This document shows positions 7,976 through 17,974 of a stretch of 21,088 nucleotides of DNA, one piece after another (positions within the stretch are counted from its first letter, which is position 1; each line of letters opens with the position of its first letter). The notes under the pieces were generated by a model, which was not told the origin of the DNA, searched no databases, and saw only the letters and a list, made by a program, of their open reading frames with translations. Source of the stretch: a virus (Duplodnaviria; Heunggongvirae; Uroviricota; Caudoviricetes). The stretch lies in the IMG/VR virus record IMGVR_UViG_2740892231_000001; one strand, given 5' to 3'. Made by a program: the position numbers and the translations under genes.

Positions 7976-8304
7976 CAGTTCACCACCTGCTTAAACTCCG
8001 CGCTGAACTCAACGCGCAACATCCCGACCCGCGCAGACCACCCGGCACAGGTCACCTTTATCTGCCGGTATGCATAGGGTGGCTTCCACAAAAATGCCTT
8101 CCAGCCCCCGTGCTCTGCCAGGAACGCTTCCAGATGCCGGGCCTCCTCCCGGGTCACGGAAAGCGTCACCCGGTATGTTTTCAGGTCAGCATTCAGCCCT
8201 GCCGCCATACGCTGTGAGTACCCGTCACCAAAACGCACTTCACGCACCGACGGCTGCGAGTTCACCTCCATATCCGGCTTCACTTTCCAGCGAAAGGTTT
8301 TCAT
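7975..8304 (-). CDS. M: Minor tail protein M
   Basis: 109 aa. MKTFRWKVKP...VRFGDGYSQR...LRVEFSAEFKQVVN is near-identical in architecture to lambda gpM (recalled). Confidence 0.92.
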   Translation of the reverse strand: MKTFRWKVKPDMEVNSQPSVREVRFGDGYSQRMAAGLNADLKTYRVTLSVTREEARHLEAFLAEHGGWKAFLWKPPYAYRQIKVTCAGWSARVGMLRVEFSAEFKQVVN

Positions 8305-10922
8305 CGCCCGCTCCCTGATAACATACCGCCATCACGCAACTGCAGCCGGAGTTCATCCTGCGCCCCCTTACGGGCCATGTCATACACCGCCTTCATCAGC
8401 TGCGGCCCCGCCTGTCCGTTGATACCGTCGTTCTGAATCACCACGTGATTGTTCTGATTAAAATTAATACCTTCCGCCCGCCGCATCTGCGCCGGACTTC
8501 CGGCACCACCCACATAACCCCCTTCCGCATAGCCGCGCATCAGGCGGTAAAGATTCCCCACACCTATCCGGCTGGTTGCCTCCTTCGTGAAGACAAACTC
8601 CCCGCGGTGAACTATCCCCGCAGGCTCATATTTGCCGCCCGTCCCCGTAAATCCTCCGGTCGCGAAATGGAAGTTCGCCGCCGCAGCCTCAATGGCCGTC
8701 CCCGTGGAGGCAGACGCCCCACCACCGAAAGCACCACCAATGGCGCTGCCGATACGCCCGACAATGCCCACCATGGCCTGTTTAAGCAGGATTTCTGTCA
8801 TCATGGACAGCACCGAACGGGTGAATCCCCGCCAGTTCTGTTCGCTGCCGGTCAGCATCGCCGCCATATTCTGTGCAATACCGTCAAAGGTCTGCGTGGC
8901 CACACTTTTAACCTGCGAAAAACTGTCCGTCGCACTTTCCGCCCACTCCCCCCAGCCGGACTTCAGCCCGGCCAGCCAGTCACCGCGCAGCATGTCTTCA
9001 TCCGCCCATGTCTGTTTCAGTGCCCCGGTGACCCGGGCCAGCGCCTGCGGATTATCGCCATACACGTCACGAAGACGCTGCGCTTCAGACTCCCGCTGCG
9101 CCTGACGGTCAGTGAGACCACGGGCTTTTGCGCTGATGGCGGCCTGCTTCGCGCTCTGCTGCTCTTCAAACCGTGCCGCCTGCTGTGCCAGCTCATTCAG
9201 GCGTTTCTGGTATTCAACCTTGTCGCCCAGCTCAGCCAGCTGGCGTTTGTACTCCAGCGTCTCTTTCTCATGGGCCAGCAGGGATTTTTCCTGCCCGGAT
9301 AACTGTCGTTTCGTGGCGGCCTCTTTCAGGACCGCATACTGACTTTCCGCTTTCCATAAATCACGGCGCTGCTGGCTGATTTTCTCATTCGCACCGCTGT
9401 GCTTCTCCAGCGTCCGGAGCTCAGTTTCAAGCGCCAGCAGGGCTGCATGCGCCCGGTCTTCCTGACGCTCCCCGGCTGACACTCTGACACCTGACGACTT
9501 CGGTTTTTTCTGCGTTGATTCATAATCCTTTTTCGCCGACGCCATCAGCGTGTTGTAATCTGCCTGCAGGATTTTCCCGTCTTTCAGGGCCTGATTCAGC
9601 TCTTTCTGCCGGGCGGTATATTTATCCAGCGGCGACAACAGGCGTTCATACGCTTTCTGCGCCTCTCCGGTATACTTCAGCTGTGACGCCTCACGCTCAG
9701 CCCTGTCCCTTGCCGCCAGTTCACCGGCTTTTTCCATATCCGACTGCAGCGTTGCCGCCGCCAGCCCCAGACGGGCATTTTCCCGGTCATCCCATGCACC
9801 CTGAAGGTTGGCCCGGAAAGAGGAGGTTTTACCGCGGCGCTGGCTCCGGCTCTGGTACCACTGCCATTTTTTATCCGCCTCATCAAATGCCTTCTGCGCA
9901 CTGGCGAGCATATCCGCTGAGGATTCAGGACGACCGATATCCAGAATGGCATCCCACATCGATTTGAACGCCTTCCCTGTTTTATCTGCCCAGGTTTCCA
10001 GCGTCCCCATGTTCTCTTTCAGGCGGCGGGTCTGGTCATCAAAGCCTTTCGTGGCAATATCGTTCGCCGCCTGTAAGGCACCGGCCTCGTCTCCGGAACG
10101 CTGCAGCTGTGCAACATACGCAATCTGCTCTGCCGTCACGTTACGGAACTGGCGCGCCATCGCCATCAGTCCCGACGTCGGGTCGGTGGTCAGCTTTCCG
10201 AAAGCCTCTGCAACCCTGTCCACTTCCACACCGGAGGCAGACGCAAAACGCGCCACACTCTGGTTAATGGCATCAAACTGCTCACCACCACGCACACCGG
10301 CACTGACCAGGGCTGCCAGTGACTCTCCCGCCTGGTTAAACGTCAGCCCTGCTGCCTGTCCGGCTCTGGAGAGCGCCAGCATGCGATCGGCAGTCAGTCC
10401 GGACTGATTACCGGAAAGAACCAGGTTTTTATTAAACGCTGAAAGCGTGGAATCCCCCTGGTACCAGGCATACGCCAGCGCACCTGTCGCGGCGACCAGT
10501 GATGTGATCCCGACGGCAGGTAGCGAGACGGCTCCCGCCAGTCCCCGGAACATCGGGATAAGACCACCGAACGAGTCTTTCACCTGACCGCCCTGTTGCA
10601 GCAGGATGAGCCAGGGATTCTGACCACCGGCAAGCTGCGTGGCAACGTCGGTGAACTGCATGGGTAGCATACGCATGGCGGCTTTATACTGCCCGACGGA
10701 CATCCCGGCTTTTTGTGCAGCCAGCGCCTGGCGGCTCAGCCCCTGCTCAACGGCAGAGGCCTGTTTCTTAAAAGACTGGCTGACACGCCCGGCCATCAAA
10801 TCCGCAAGGTCACTGGTTTCACCCAGTTCTTTCTTTACCCGTGCAGCCTCTTCAGAAAAACGGGTTGAATCCAGTGTAAGAACAGCTGTCAGATCGGCAA
10901 AATTACCCGCCATAGCGTACAC
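8301..10922 (-). CDS. H: Tail tape measure protein H
   Basis: 873 aa. Long matching stretches with lambda gpH (recalled), e.g. SRQALAAQKAGMSVGQYKAAMRMLP and C-terminal HFATGGFTGTGGKYEPAGIVHRGEFVFTKEATSRIG. The true start may be the Met 3 codons downstream (MAGNF...). Confidence 0.95.
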   Translation of the reverse strand: MYAMAGNFADLTAVLTLDSTRFSEEAARVKKELGETSDLADLMAGRVSQSFKKQASAVEQGLSRQALAAQKAGMSVGQYKAAMRMLPMQFTDVATQLAGGQNPWLILLQQGGQVKDSFGGLIPMFRGLAGAVSLPAVGITSLVAATGALAYAWYQGDSTLSAFNKNLVLSGNQSGLTADRMLALSRAGQAAGLTFNQAGESLAALVSAGVRGGEQFDAINQSVARFASASGVEVDRVAEAFGKLTTDPTSGLMAMARQFRNVTAEQIAYVAQLQRSGDEAGALQAANDIATKGFDDQTRRLKENMGTLETWADKTGKAFKSMWDAILDIGRPESSADMLASAQKAFDEADKKWQWYQSRSQRRGKTSSFRANLQGAWDDRENARLGLAAATLQSDMEKAGELAARDRAEREASQLKYTGEAQKAYERLLSPLDKYTARQKELNQALKDGKILQADYNTLMASAKKDYESTQKKPKSSGVRVSAGERQEDRAHAALLALETELRTLEKHSGANEKISQQRRDLWKAESQYAVLKEAATKRQLSGQEKSLLAHEKETLEYKRQLAELGDKVEYQKRLNELAQQAARFEEQQSAKQAAISAKARGLTDRQAQRESEAQRLRDVYGDNPQALARVTGALKQTWADEDMLRGDWLAGLKSGWGEWAESATDSFSQVKSVATQTFDGIAQNMAAMLTGSEQNWRGFTRSVLSMMTEILLKQAMVGIVGRIGSAIGGAFGGGASASTGTAIEAAAANFHFATGGFTGTGGKYEPAGIVHRGEFVFTKEATSRIGVGNLYRLMRGYAEGGYVGGAGSPAQMRRAEGINFNQNNHVVIQNDGINGQAGPQLMKAVYDMARKGAQDELRLQLRDGGMLSGSGR

Positions 10923-11358
10923 CTCCTGGAATTCCCTCAGACACCATCATCAGCATGGCTTCATCCTCTGTACTGCTCCGCATGTCATCACTGACCGTAA
11001 CGATTTCCTTCCCGTCAGCCCCAAAGCGGACACCACCAGAAAGTCCTGCCGCTTTCCGCATCAGCATATCGTCCTCATCCGGCATCTCCGTCTGCTCATC
11101 ATCACGTCGGGGTGCCAGCAGACTGAAATCAGAGGGATGCATATCCGGATCGCAAAAAAACAGGCTGAGTACAGCGTACGTCAGCCCGGAAAAATGCATA
11201 TCCAGCTGGGTATCATGAAAATAATGCGTGCGGTAAAAACGTCGCCAGTCGGCATATTCGGTGGATGTCATCCCGGCAAGCATGGCGCGCCAGTCGGGTC
11301 TCCCCATCTCACGCGCCAGTCTGAGGGCAAAGTTCAGCTCGCCGTCGAAGACTTTCCC
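10903..11358 (-). CDS. T: T portion of the tail assembly chaperone G-T fusion, reached from G by programmed -1 ribosomal frameshift
   Basis: The -1 frame relative to G stays open from the slippery site down to a stop at 10903. I verified by hand that the frame of ORF 10903-11307 is -1 relative to G. Confidence 0.8.
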   Translation of the reverse strand, partial: GKVFDGELNFALRLAREMGRPDWRAMLAGMTSTEYADWRRFYRTHYFHDTQLDMHFSGLTYAVLSLFFCDPDMHPSDFSLLAPRRDDEQTEMPDEDDMLMRKAAGLSGGVRFGADGKEIVTVSDDMRSSTEDEAMLMMVSEGIPGGVRYGG

Positions 11359-11765
11359 GCAGAAAAATCATCATCAGTCAGCGCGTTATTTTTCGCCACT
11401 TCAGTAATATCAGTATCCGGACGAACAGCTTCGATCATACCGGACAGGCACAACACCACGTCTTCCGCCCGGGCAATGGCATCGGCAGGCCAGGTGGTGA
11501 GCACTTCCTGCTCTATCTTCATCACGGCCTCATTCATTGACGGTGACTGCGTTTTCTGTGGATGGTTATGCCACAGGGACATCGCCACCAGAAACGCGCC
11601 GGTTCTGACAAGATCTTCCACACTCACCTGCAGGTTGCCGCTGGCTTCAGCCTCTTCTGCCCGCCGTTTCAGGAGGGCAAGATGCTCAATACGCTGCAGC
11701 GCAGACAGCTCAGAAAGCGTGACAGACACCCCGTTATATTCAAATTGTTCTGTTTTCAGAAACAT
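11334..11765 (-). CDS. G: Tail assembly chaperone G
   Basis: 143 aa. MFLKTEQFEYNGVSVTLSELSALQRIEHLALLKR matches the lambda gpG N-terminus (recalled). Confidence 0.92.
   Translation of the reverse strand: MFLKTEQFEYNGVSVTLSELSALQRIEHLALLKRRAEEAEASGNLQVSVEDLVRTGAFLVAMSLWHNHPQKTQSPSMNEAVMKIEQEVLTTWPADAIARAEDVVLCLSGMIEAVRPDTDITEVAKNNALTDDDFSAGKSSTAS
11352..11358 (-). promoter_or_regulatory. Slippery heptamer G GGA AAG for the G/G-T -1 frameshift
   Basis: Plus strand ctttccc; on the minus strand GGGAAAG sits in the G frame as G_GGA_AAG, 6 codons before the G stop, the same arrangement as in lambda. Confidence 0.85.
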
Positions 11766-11784
11766 GCTTTATCACTCCCTCAGC

Positions 11785-12534
11785 TTAACCCGCTGCACCA
11801 TCCGTGACGGTAATTTCCGCCACTGCCGCAAACTCACCATTGCCGGTAACCACAGGGATCTGCGCTTTACCTGCCGCAACACCTTTCACGGTGATCGTGT
11901 TCCCTTTCACGGTAATGGTGGCGAAATTCTGATTCGCCGACGTGGCACGGAAGGTTTTATCCGTCGCCCCTTCCGGCTGAACAGCCACGGTCAGGGTGAT
12001 ATTCTGACCTTTTGCCACATTGCCCGTTGGTGGCGTCACGGTAATACCGGTGACCGGTGTGATGTCCCCCTGATCTTCCGCCAGCGACGGACGACCGATA
12101 TTGGTGATTTTTACCGTACGGGTGATCACCTCTTTGGCGGTCACCGCTTTACCAATGGCGCTCACCCAGCCACGGAACACATCCACCGTACCGTTCGGGA
12201 AGCGAATTTTGTAGGCCCGGCTCTCACTGCTGTCAAACCAGGCAATCAAATCGCGCTGCCCTTTCTCACCCGGCTTCCAGGCCAGCGTAAAACTGGTGTC
12301 ACCGGCAGATTTCTGCCCCTGCCCGGTGGATACCCAGTCAGCATCCTCATCATCCAGATAGTTATCATCGTAGGATTCTGCCGTCATCTCGCCGGGGGTC
12401 AGATCCTTCACCTTCGCCAGTCGCTGCCAGTCATCGTCTGACAACGGGTTTGCATAAGCATCACCAGTGCCGGTGTACACCCACAGTGTGGTACCGGAAC
12501 CTTTCACCGGCTCAAGAGGATTTGGTGTTGCCAT
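11785..12534 (-). CDS. V: Major tail protein V (with C-terminal Ig-like domain)
   Basis: 249 aa. ...[48 protein letters not shown]... and C-terminal [19 protein letters not shown] match lambda gpV (recalled). Confidence 0.95.
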   Translation of the reverse strand: MATPNPLEPVKGSGTTLWVYTGTGDAYANPLSDDDWQRLAKVKDLTPGEMTAESYDDNYLDDEDADWVSTGQGQKSAGDTSFTLAWKPGEKGQRDLIAWFDSSESRAYKIRFPNGTVDVFRGWVSAIGKAVTAKEVITRTVKITNIGRPSLAEDQGDITPVTGITVTPPTGNVAKGQNITLTVAVQPEGATDKTFRATSANQNFATITVKGNTITVKGVAAGKAQIPVVTGNGEFAAVAEITVTDGAAG

Positions 12535-12541
12535 ATCGTCC

Positions 12542-12940
12542 TCACATCTCGTAGGTAATTTTCCACAGGAGATCTGCCGATCCCCACATCATAAACTCAT
12601 CATCCCGGCGGTAGTCATACCCCTGAAGATTCATTTTCAGCAGTAATGCACTGAGCCCGGGAACTGCCTCCAGCGCAGGAAGAATTTTTTCTTCCATCCA
12701 CATATCCAGTGCCGAGTCCGGTTCTTTTGCCCTGAGAAAAACCTCAATATGCAGTGTCGCCTCCCAGGTTCCCTCATCAACGAACTCGTCAGCAGCAGAC
12801 GCATCTGTCAGGTAAACAGCAACAGCAGGCAGTTCCTGTTCATCAATAAAAACCGGGCGACCGTCAAACCAGCTCACCCTCTCAGAAATATTTTCTTTCA
12901 GGGCAGACAGAACTGCCGCCCGTATTTCACGGTGTCTCAT
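12542..12940 (-). CDS. U: Tail terminator protein U
   Basis: 132 aa. ...LHIEVFL.A...SGYDYRRDD...ITYEM matches lambda gpU (recalled). Confidence 0.93.
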   Translation of the reverse strand: MRHREIRAAVLSALKENISERVSWFDGRPVFIDEQELPAVAVYLTDASAADEFVDEGTWEATLHIEVFLRAKEPDSALDMWMEEKILPALEAVPGLSALLLKMNLQGYDYRRDDEFMMWGSADLLWKITYEM

Positions 12941-12952
12941 ACACCCTCCCAG

Positions 12953-13582
12953 TCATTTTCTTTTCAGCACCAGGCGTAACTGATGCGTCATGGCTTTCAT
13001 CATCTGCGCCGGTAATTTTTCCCGGTACATCCGGTCCCGTTCACGTTCAAAGGTTTCTGCCAGCGGTCCGGCAGTCGGAATCTTCACCACTTCGATCGGC
13101 AGACGGTGGCGTTTCGGCCTCCCTTTGCTGTCAGCGCCGGTGGACGATGATGCCCACGGCATACGCTGCATCACATGCCAGCGTCCGTTAGCCAGCCGGG
13201 TGATAAAGGCATCCGGGATCCGTCTTTTCCCCACAATCAGCACGCTGCCACCGCCTTTCGTGACCGAACGCTCGCCTTTCTTTCGTCGCTTTCTGCGGGA
13301 AAGCAGCACGCTGGCCGTCCCCAGTTTTATGGCGGGCAGATTACCGGTGTTGATGATGACCTTCGCATAAACCCTGTCTGCGCTGGCCCGTTGCAGGCGG
13401 ATACGCTCACGGATGAGACGGCGCGGAACCGCCAGCTCCCTGGCAACCGAAGAGGCCGTTTTCGCGATGATGGACTCCGCCACACGGTTAAGTGTCGTGG
13501 CGGCAGCCCGGGGAACGGCACGGCGGTCAATTGCATCCAGATTTTTCATGGCCTGCGCCAGACCTTTTATTGCCATACTCAT
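12953..13582 (-). CDS. Z: Tail completion protein Z
   Basis: 209 aa. MAIKGL.QA..NL...AVP.AAA...NRVA.S.I...VLLSRRKRRKKG.RS..KGGGSVL.VG.RRIP.AFI..L.NGRWHVMQR matches lambda gpZ (recalled). Confidence 0.92.
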   Translation of the reverse strand: MSMAIKGLAQAMKNLDAIDRRAVPRAAATTLNRVAESIIAKTASSVARELAVPRRLIRERIRLQRASADRVYAKVIINTGNLPAIKLGTASVLLSRRKRRKKGERSVTKGGGSVLIVGKRRIPDAFITRLANGRWHVMQRMPWASSSTGADSKGRPKRHRLPIEVVKIPTAGPLAETFERERDRMYREKLPAQMMKAMTHQLRLVLKRK

Positions 13583-13860
13583 TCCTGTTCGACAAAAATC
13601 CGGGGTTTACCGTTGTACGTGTCATAACGGGTCACCGTCAGTGTGCGCCCCGCAAACACAACAACATCATGACGGGCCGGACGGTACCGGGCTGAAAACA
13701 CCACCAGTGACAACTGGCTGCCCGAAAGCGCCCCCATCTCCGCGGACTCTTCCTCCGGCATCACGTCGTACACGACGCCGTTAATCTCCGCCTGTTTGCC
13801 CATCATCCGAACGGTCGCCACGTCCATCCGGCAACACATTCGCGTAAACAGATCAGACAT
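13579..13860 (-). CDS. Head-tail joining / head completion protein (FII position; prophage ATP-binding-sugar-transporter-like family)
   Basis: 93-aa ORF translationally coupled to Z (4-bp overlap). Sits where lambda has FII; only weak resemblance to lambda FII. Confidence 0.5.
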   Translation of the reverse strand: MSDLFTRMCCRMDVATVRMMGKQAEINGVVYDVMPEEESAEMGALSGSQLSLVVFSARYRPARHDVVVFAGRTLTVTRYDTYNGKPRIFVEQE

Positions 13861-14179
13861 TGATTTTTACCGCCACAGCGGCGCTGTTTGCAGGAGCATT
13901 TTCCCAGGCTACTCCCGCTGCCACCGCACCGTCTGCAGCCAGCTGCACAACCCCGTCCTTCAGATAAACCACCGCGCCGGACTGAATATCGTCAGCAGAC
14001 TGTTTGGGCAGCAGGAACACGCCTTCGGCAAAACCGTCACCGGCCTCACCGGCAGGAATATCGGTAATGGCCACGGCCACCATACTGCCGACCACCACCG
14101 CAGCACCGCTCAGGATGGTCTGATCTCCGGCATTCACCAGTTCAATGGTGGTACCGTCCTGTACAAAATTTTTCGCCAT
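13853..14179 (-). CDS. Small head-associated protein of unknown function (possible decoration or head-completion protein)
   Basis: 108-aa Ala/Gly/Val-rich ORF with GGAG RBS, directly downstream of the capsid gene. No convincing similarity to lambda D or FI. Confidence 0.45.
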   Translation of the reverse strand: MAKNFVQDGTTIELVNAGDQTILSGAAVVVGSMVAVAITDIPAGEAGDGFAEGVFLLPKQSADDIQSGAVVYLKDGVVQLAADGAVAAGVAWENAPANSAAVAVKINV

Positions 14180-14195
14180 AATGCTGTTTCTCCGG

Positions 14196-14244
14196 ACAGC
14201 CCCTGTGGGGCTGTTTTTCAGGCATAAAAAAAGCCCTTTCGGGC
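14196..14244 (-). promoter_or_regulatory. Two adjacent hairpins between the capsid gene and the next gene (partial terminator or mRNA-stability element)
   Basis: Minus strand: GCCC-GAAA-GGGC followed by U7 (14226-14244), then ACAGCCCC-aca-GGGGCUGU (14196-14214) directly upstream of the RBS of the 108-aa gene. Confidence 0.35.
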
Positions 14245-14266
14245 AGTGATTGTGATAACGCGGTTA

Positions 14267-16246
14267 TCAGGCCACCGACGAACGCACCAGCCCGCGCCAG
14301 TCAAGTGGTGCCACTCCGGCATCAATACGGATTTTTGTGGCAATACCGTCAGTGGTGAAACCTTCCTGCTGATCAATGTATGGCGTGTCCACACCATCCA
14401 GCCAGGCCACTTCAATGGTGTCAGTGCCCTGTGCCGCCGCCAGATACCAGGTTTTCGGATCTGCCGCATCAAGACGCGCTTCTGCAATCACCTCAGCAAA
14501 GTTCTGGATGGGGTTAATGACACCGGCGTTTGCATCCGCCCCTTTCACGCTGGCCGATTTGATGGTCTGGTTCGCCACCGTCTCCAGTGCCACCGGTACC
14601 AGCATAAAGGCCGGACGGATATTCAGGGCGCGATCGCCTTCTTTCTGCAGGCGCATCATCTGACGGGCCGCATCCAGTCCGGAAACAGAGATCCCCCCGG
14701 TGGCAATATTTTTGTGATCGGCATGGAACAGCGACTTACCGTCGGACAGTTTCGGGTTATCCGTCAGCACCTTGTAAACCAGGTCACCAATCGTTGCCTT
14801 CGCCGCACGCCCCATCTTCATCGGCACGTCCACCAGCATATTCAGATCATCATTGATAATGGCCTGGCGGGTGATGGAGAAAATCTCCCCGTAGGTGGCC
14901 AGAGCAATGGTCTCCTTGCGATCTGAGGTGGTAATGTATTTATACTCCGCCCCCTCACGAACCTGACGCAGAGAACCAAAACCGCCCATCCCCACGCGAT
15001 ACGCTGTTTTGAAGTCTGACAGGCGTCCCTTACGGGTCCACTTCTGGAAGGTTTCTTCTGATTCCTCCCAGCCCTGGATCAGCCCCTTGTTCGACACATC
15101 CAGCAGGATATTGCCAAAATCAGAGGTGCTGTGCGTAAGCGCCAGCCCGACCATCTGCATGGGGTTATAACTGGCCACCCCAATACCGCGCTCCGTCAGT
15201 GACATACGAGCCCATTCACGCAGGGTCATCCCGTTATAGGCGTTATCCTTCTCGACATTTTCAAATCCGGCACGGGCCAGCATCGCCTGGCGGATCCCGT
15301 CTCCCACAAAATTGCCGTTTCCGGCATAAATATGGGCCGGTGTGTTTTTGTTGGTCGGCGAGGACTCCTTGCCCATTTCATTCAGCAGACGTTCACGGGC
15401 CATTTCCAGCGAACAGTCAGGATCAGCCACGCACTGTGCCTGAAGCGTCTGATAGCGACCGCCGAACATGGCAAACAGATCGTTAATGCCTGACATGCGG
15501 GCTTTCTGCTCAGCCATAACGCGGGCGCGAATGGTCGCCTCATCAGACACTGCCGGTACCGGTGATGGTTCTGTTACCGCCGGTGCAGGGATTGTCACTG
15601 TGGTATCACGCGGGGCACTGTTGCGTGGTGGAGTAATCATGTTTCGGATGGATTCCGGCATCTTTTTAAATTCCTCTGTACGTTTTGACTGAATACATGC
15701 CATTGCCTCAACAGCGGGTGTCACCTGGTCAGCAAATCCGTGTGCCAGACATTCGGCACCGGACATCCAGGTTTCATCCGCCAGCATGGCGGCAATTTCA
15801 TCGGTGGTTTTTCCGGTTTTCTGCGCATAGGCTGGCAACAGTACCGATTCGACTTTATCCAGCAAATCAGCATAACTGCGCATATCCTCAGCATCCCCGC
15901 CACTGAATCCCCATGGCTTATGGATCATCATGAAGGCATTTTCCGGCATAATGACCGTATCACCGGCCATCGCAATCACAGATGCCATCGAGGCGGCAAC
16001 GCCATCCACATACACGGTAATGGTCGCCCCCTGATTTTTCAGGGAATTAAAAATGGCGATGCCTTCAAAGACATCGCCACCCGGTGAGTTGATGTGGAGA
16101 TTAATGTGGGTGATATCACCCAGAGCATTCAGTTCGCTGACAAACTGCTTCGCGGTAACTCCCCAGAAACCAATCTCGTCATAAATATAAATATCCGCGT
16201 CACCCGGCCCCCCAGCCTGCATCCTGAACCAGGATTTATTCTTCAT
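14267..16246 (-). CDS. Fused prohead protease (ClpP/S14-like) and HK97-type major capsid protein
   Basis: ORF 14267-16438. Probable true start is MKNKSWF at 16246, which overlaps the portal stop. N-terminal region has ClpP-like motifs (INSPGGDVFEG..., MASVIAMAGD, MIHKPWG); the C-terminal ~300 aa is capsid-like. Confidence 0.7.
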   Translation of the reverse strand: MKNKSWFRMQAGGPGDADIYIYDEIGFWGVTAKQFVSELNALGDITHINLHINSPGGDVFEGIAIFNSLKNQGATITVYVDGVAASMASVIAMAGDTVIMPENAFMMIHKPWGFSGGDAEDMRSYADLLDKVESVLLPAYAQKTGKTTDEIAAMLADETWMSGAECLAHGFADQVTPAVEAMACIQSKRTEEFKKMPESIRNMITPPRNSAPRDTTVTIPAPAVTEPSPVPAVSDEATIRARVMAEQKARMSGINDLFAMFGGRYQTLQAQCVADPDCSLEMARERLLNEMGKESSPTNKNTPAHIYAGNGNFVGDGIRQAMLARAGFENVEKDNAYNGMTLREWARMSLTERGIGVASYNPMQMVGLALTHSTSDFGNILLDVSNKGLIQGWEESEETFQKWTRKGRLSDFKTAYRVGMGGFGSLRQVREGAEYKYITTSDRKETIALATYGEIFSITRQAIINDDLNMLVDVPMKMGRAAKATIGDLVYKVLTDNPKLSDGKSLFHADHKNIATGGISVSGLDAARQMMRLQKEGDRALNIRPAFMLVPVALETVANQTIKSASVKGADANAGVINPIQNFAEVIAEARLDAADPKTWYLAAAQGTDTIEVAWLDGVDTPYIDQQEGFTTDGIATKIRIDAGVAPLDWRGLVRSSVA

Positions 16247-17738
16247 GCTGGCTTTCGGTGTCACGCTGATACTGTCGTTCAGTTCCGGCACTGTTGCCTC
16301 CTTTGTCGTTGACGGGGTCAGTATCAAAGACCAGCCCCAGTCTGCTGTTTTCATCAATTTCAGCCTTGCGGCGACGTTTGACCTCATCCGGATTGCGCCC
16401 GCCGGCACGCACCCAGTCAGATTCTGTCGCTGCACCACCCCGGATCTGAATTCTCCAGGCTTCAGCTTCCTTAACCGGGTCGATCCACGGCATCACCGGA
16501 CCGGAATACGTCGCGTTATATAGCGTTTTCATCTCCACATCCGCCGGAATTTTCAGCAGACCTGCCGCAACCACCATATTCAGCCATGTCCGGTACACCG
16601 GGCGGGTTACCGCGCCAATAAAACAGTCCTGCAGGATCAGGTAACCATCCGTGGACTCGACCAGCTCCTGCCGCTGGGCGCTGTAGGTGCCGTTATAGTT
16701 ACGCGCCGCACTGGAAAAACTCAGACGACTGCCAGCTGCCACTGCACGCAACTGGCCGTTGCGGAAAGTTTCAAGGTTGGGATTGGGACGGTCAGATTTG
16801 ACCATGCCGATATCCTCGCCCTTGCGCAAATCGTCATAAATAATACCCGGGGTGATATGGACTTCCCGCTCGGTTTCTTTGATCCCCGGATCTTCATAGT
16901 CCTGTCCGTCACCTTTACGGATATACAGTCCCAGCGCCGCAGCAATACGCGCCGCTGTCAGTTCCGCATCCTCATACTCTTTAAGGGCACTGATCCGCAT
17001 CAGCACCCCCGATAACATGGATGAGCCTCGCGTCTGATGCAGACGACGAGTGAACTTCAGGTGGATCATTTTTCCGGCAGCGATTTCTTTCGTATCACTC
17101 TGCCGGCCGCTGACCGGATAATTTTTATAAACCAGATATTTTTTCGGTCTTCCCCACTCATCAAGAAAAACCCCCTGATTCAGCCCGGCGGATTCATCAG
17201 TGCGCATGGGAACAAAATCCGGCTCCATCGCCTCAAGCCAGAATGGCACTCCCGCCGTCCGTTCCAGACCGTTTCCCGCACCACTGACCATCTGCGCAAA
17301 CACTTCACCATCCCGCAGCCAGGTCCGCAGCAGTAAACGTTCAAGCACGGGACGGGTATACTGCCCTGTCACATCCGGACTCACGGACCATTCAGCCCAC
17401 AACCGGCGGATATCCGCAGCCAGCTCTGCCGCCATTTCCCCGTTTTTTCGTAATGGCTGAGGCTCCACAATAATTCCCCTGGCACCAATCACCCGCTCTT
17501 CCAGCTTGTCAAACACACCAATCACCAGGTCATGATTGATATCCAGAAAACGGGCCTGCTCCCGCAGGGAAACCGCACCGTATTTACTGAGCTGATCAGC
17601 AGAGCGATTTTCCCGCCGGGCTTTATGTGTCCGGGTCGGTTTCACCGCCTCATAGGCCATGATTAACGCCCTTGAACGCAGTCTGGCTGCTTTCCATCCG
17701 GGGGAAAACACGCCTATCACATCATCAATAATTGCCAT
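16236..17738 (-). CDS. Portal protein (lambda gpB family)
   Basis: 500-aa ORF between the gpW-like gene and the protease/capsid gene; size and position match the lambda-family portal. Confidence 0.8.
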   Translation of the reverse strand: MAIIDDVIGVFSPGWKAARLRSRALIMAYEAVKPTRTHKARRENRSADQLSKYGAVSLREQARFLDINHDLVIGVFDKLEERVIGARGIIVEPQPLRKNGEMAAELAADIRRLWAEWSVSPDVTGQYTRPVLERLLLRTWLRDGEVFAQMVSGAGNGLERTAGVPFWLEAMEPDFVPMRTDESAGLNQGVFLDEWGRPKKYLVYKNYPVSGRQSDTKEIAAGKMIHLKFTRRLHQTRGSSMLSGVLMRISALKEYEDAELTAARIAAALGLYIRKGDGQDYEDPGIKETEREVHITPGIIYDDLRKGEDIGMVKSDRPNPNLETFRNGQLRAVAAGSRLSFSSAARNYNGTYSAQRQELVESTDGYLILQDCFIGAVTRPVYRTWLNMVVAAGLLKIPADVEMKTLYNATYSGPVMPWIDPVKEAEAWRIQIRGGAATESDWVRAGGRNPDEVKRRRKAEIDENSRLGLVFDTDPVNDKGGNSAGTERQYQRDTESQHEE

Positions 17739-17974
17739 TAAAACCTCGCCAGTTTAAATCCCGGTTTTCCCCGCCTGCGGCTCACCATCGCGGCAAGCCT
17801 GCGTTCCCACTCCTGACGTCCGGCGCGGATCTGAGAAAGGCTTTCCAGCGTCAGTTGCTGCCCGTTGAAGGTGACAGACTTCCCCTCCAGTACAGCCATT
17901 TCCGCTTCACGGTACCGCTGTATCATTTCTCTGGCTTCTTCTGTGCTCACAACCAGCCTCCTGATGTTATCCAT
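17738..17974 (-). CDS. Head-tail joining protein, gpW-like
   Basis: 78 aa, between terminase and portal. C-terminal RRRGKPGF resembles lambda gpW ...RRRGPAGF (recalled). Confidence 0.7.
   Translation of the reverse strand: MDNIRRLVVSTEEAREMIQRYREAEMAVLEGKSVTFNGQQLTLESLSQIRAGRQEWERRLAAMVSRRRGKPGFKLARF

Noticed and set aside
10639-12441. 600-aa plus-strand ORF
   Set aside because: Lies antisense to H, T, G and V, which are strongly supported by lambda homology. Low-complexity Arg/Cys/Ser-rich translation with no RBS context; long antisense ORFs are expected in GC-rich coding DNA.
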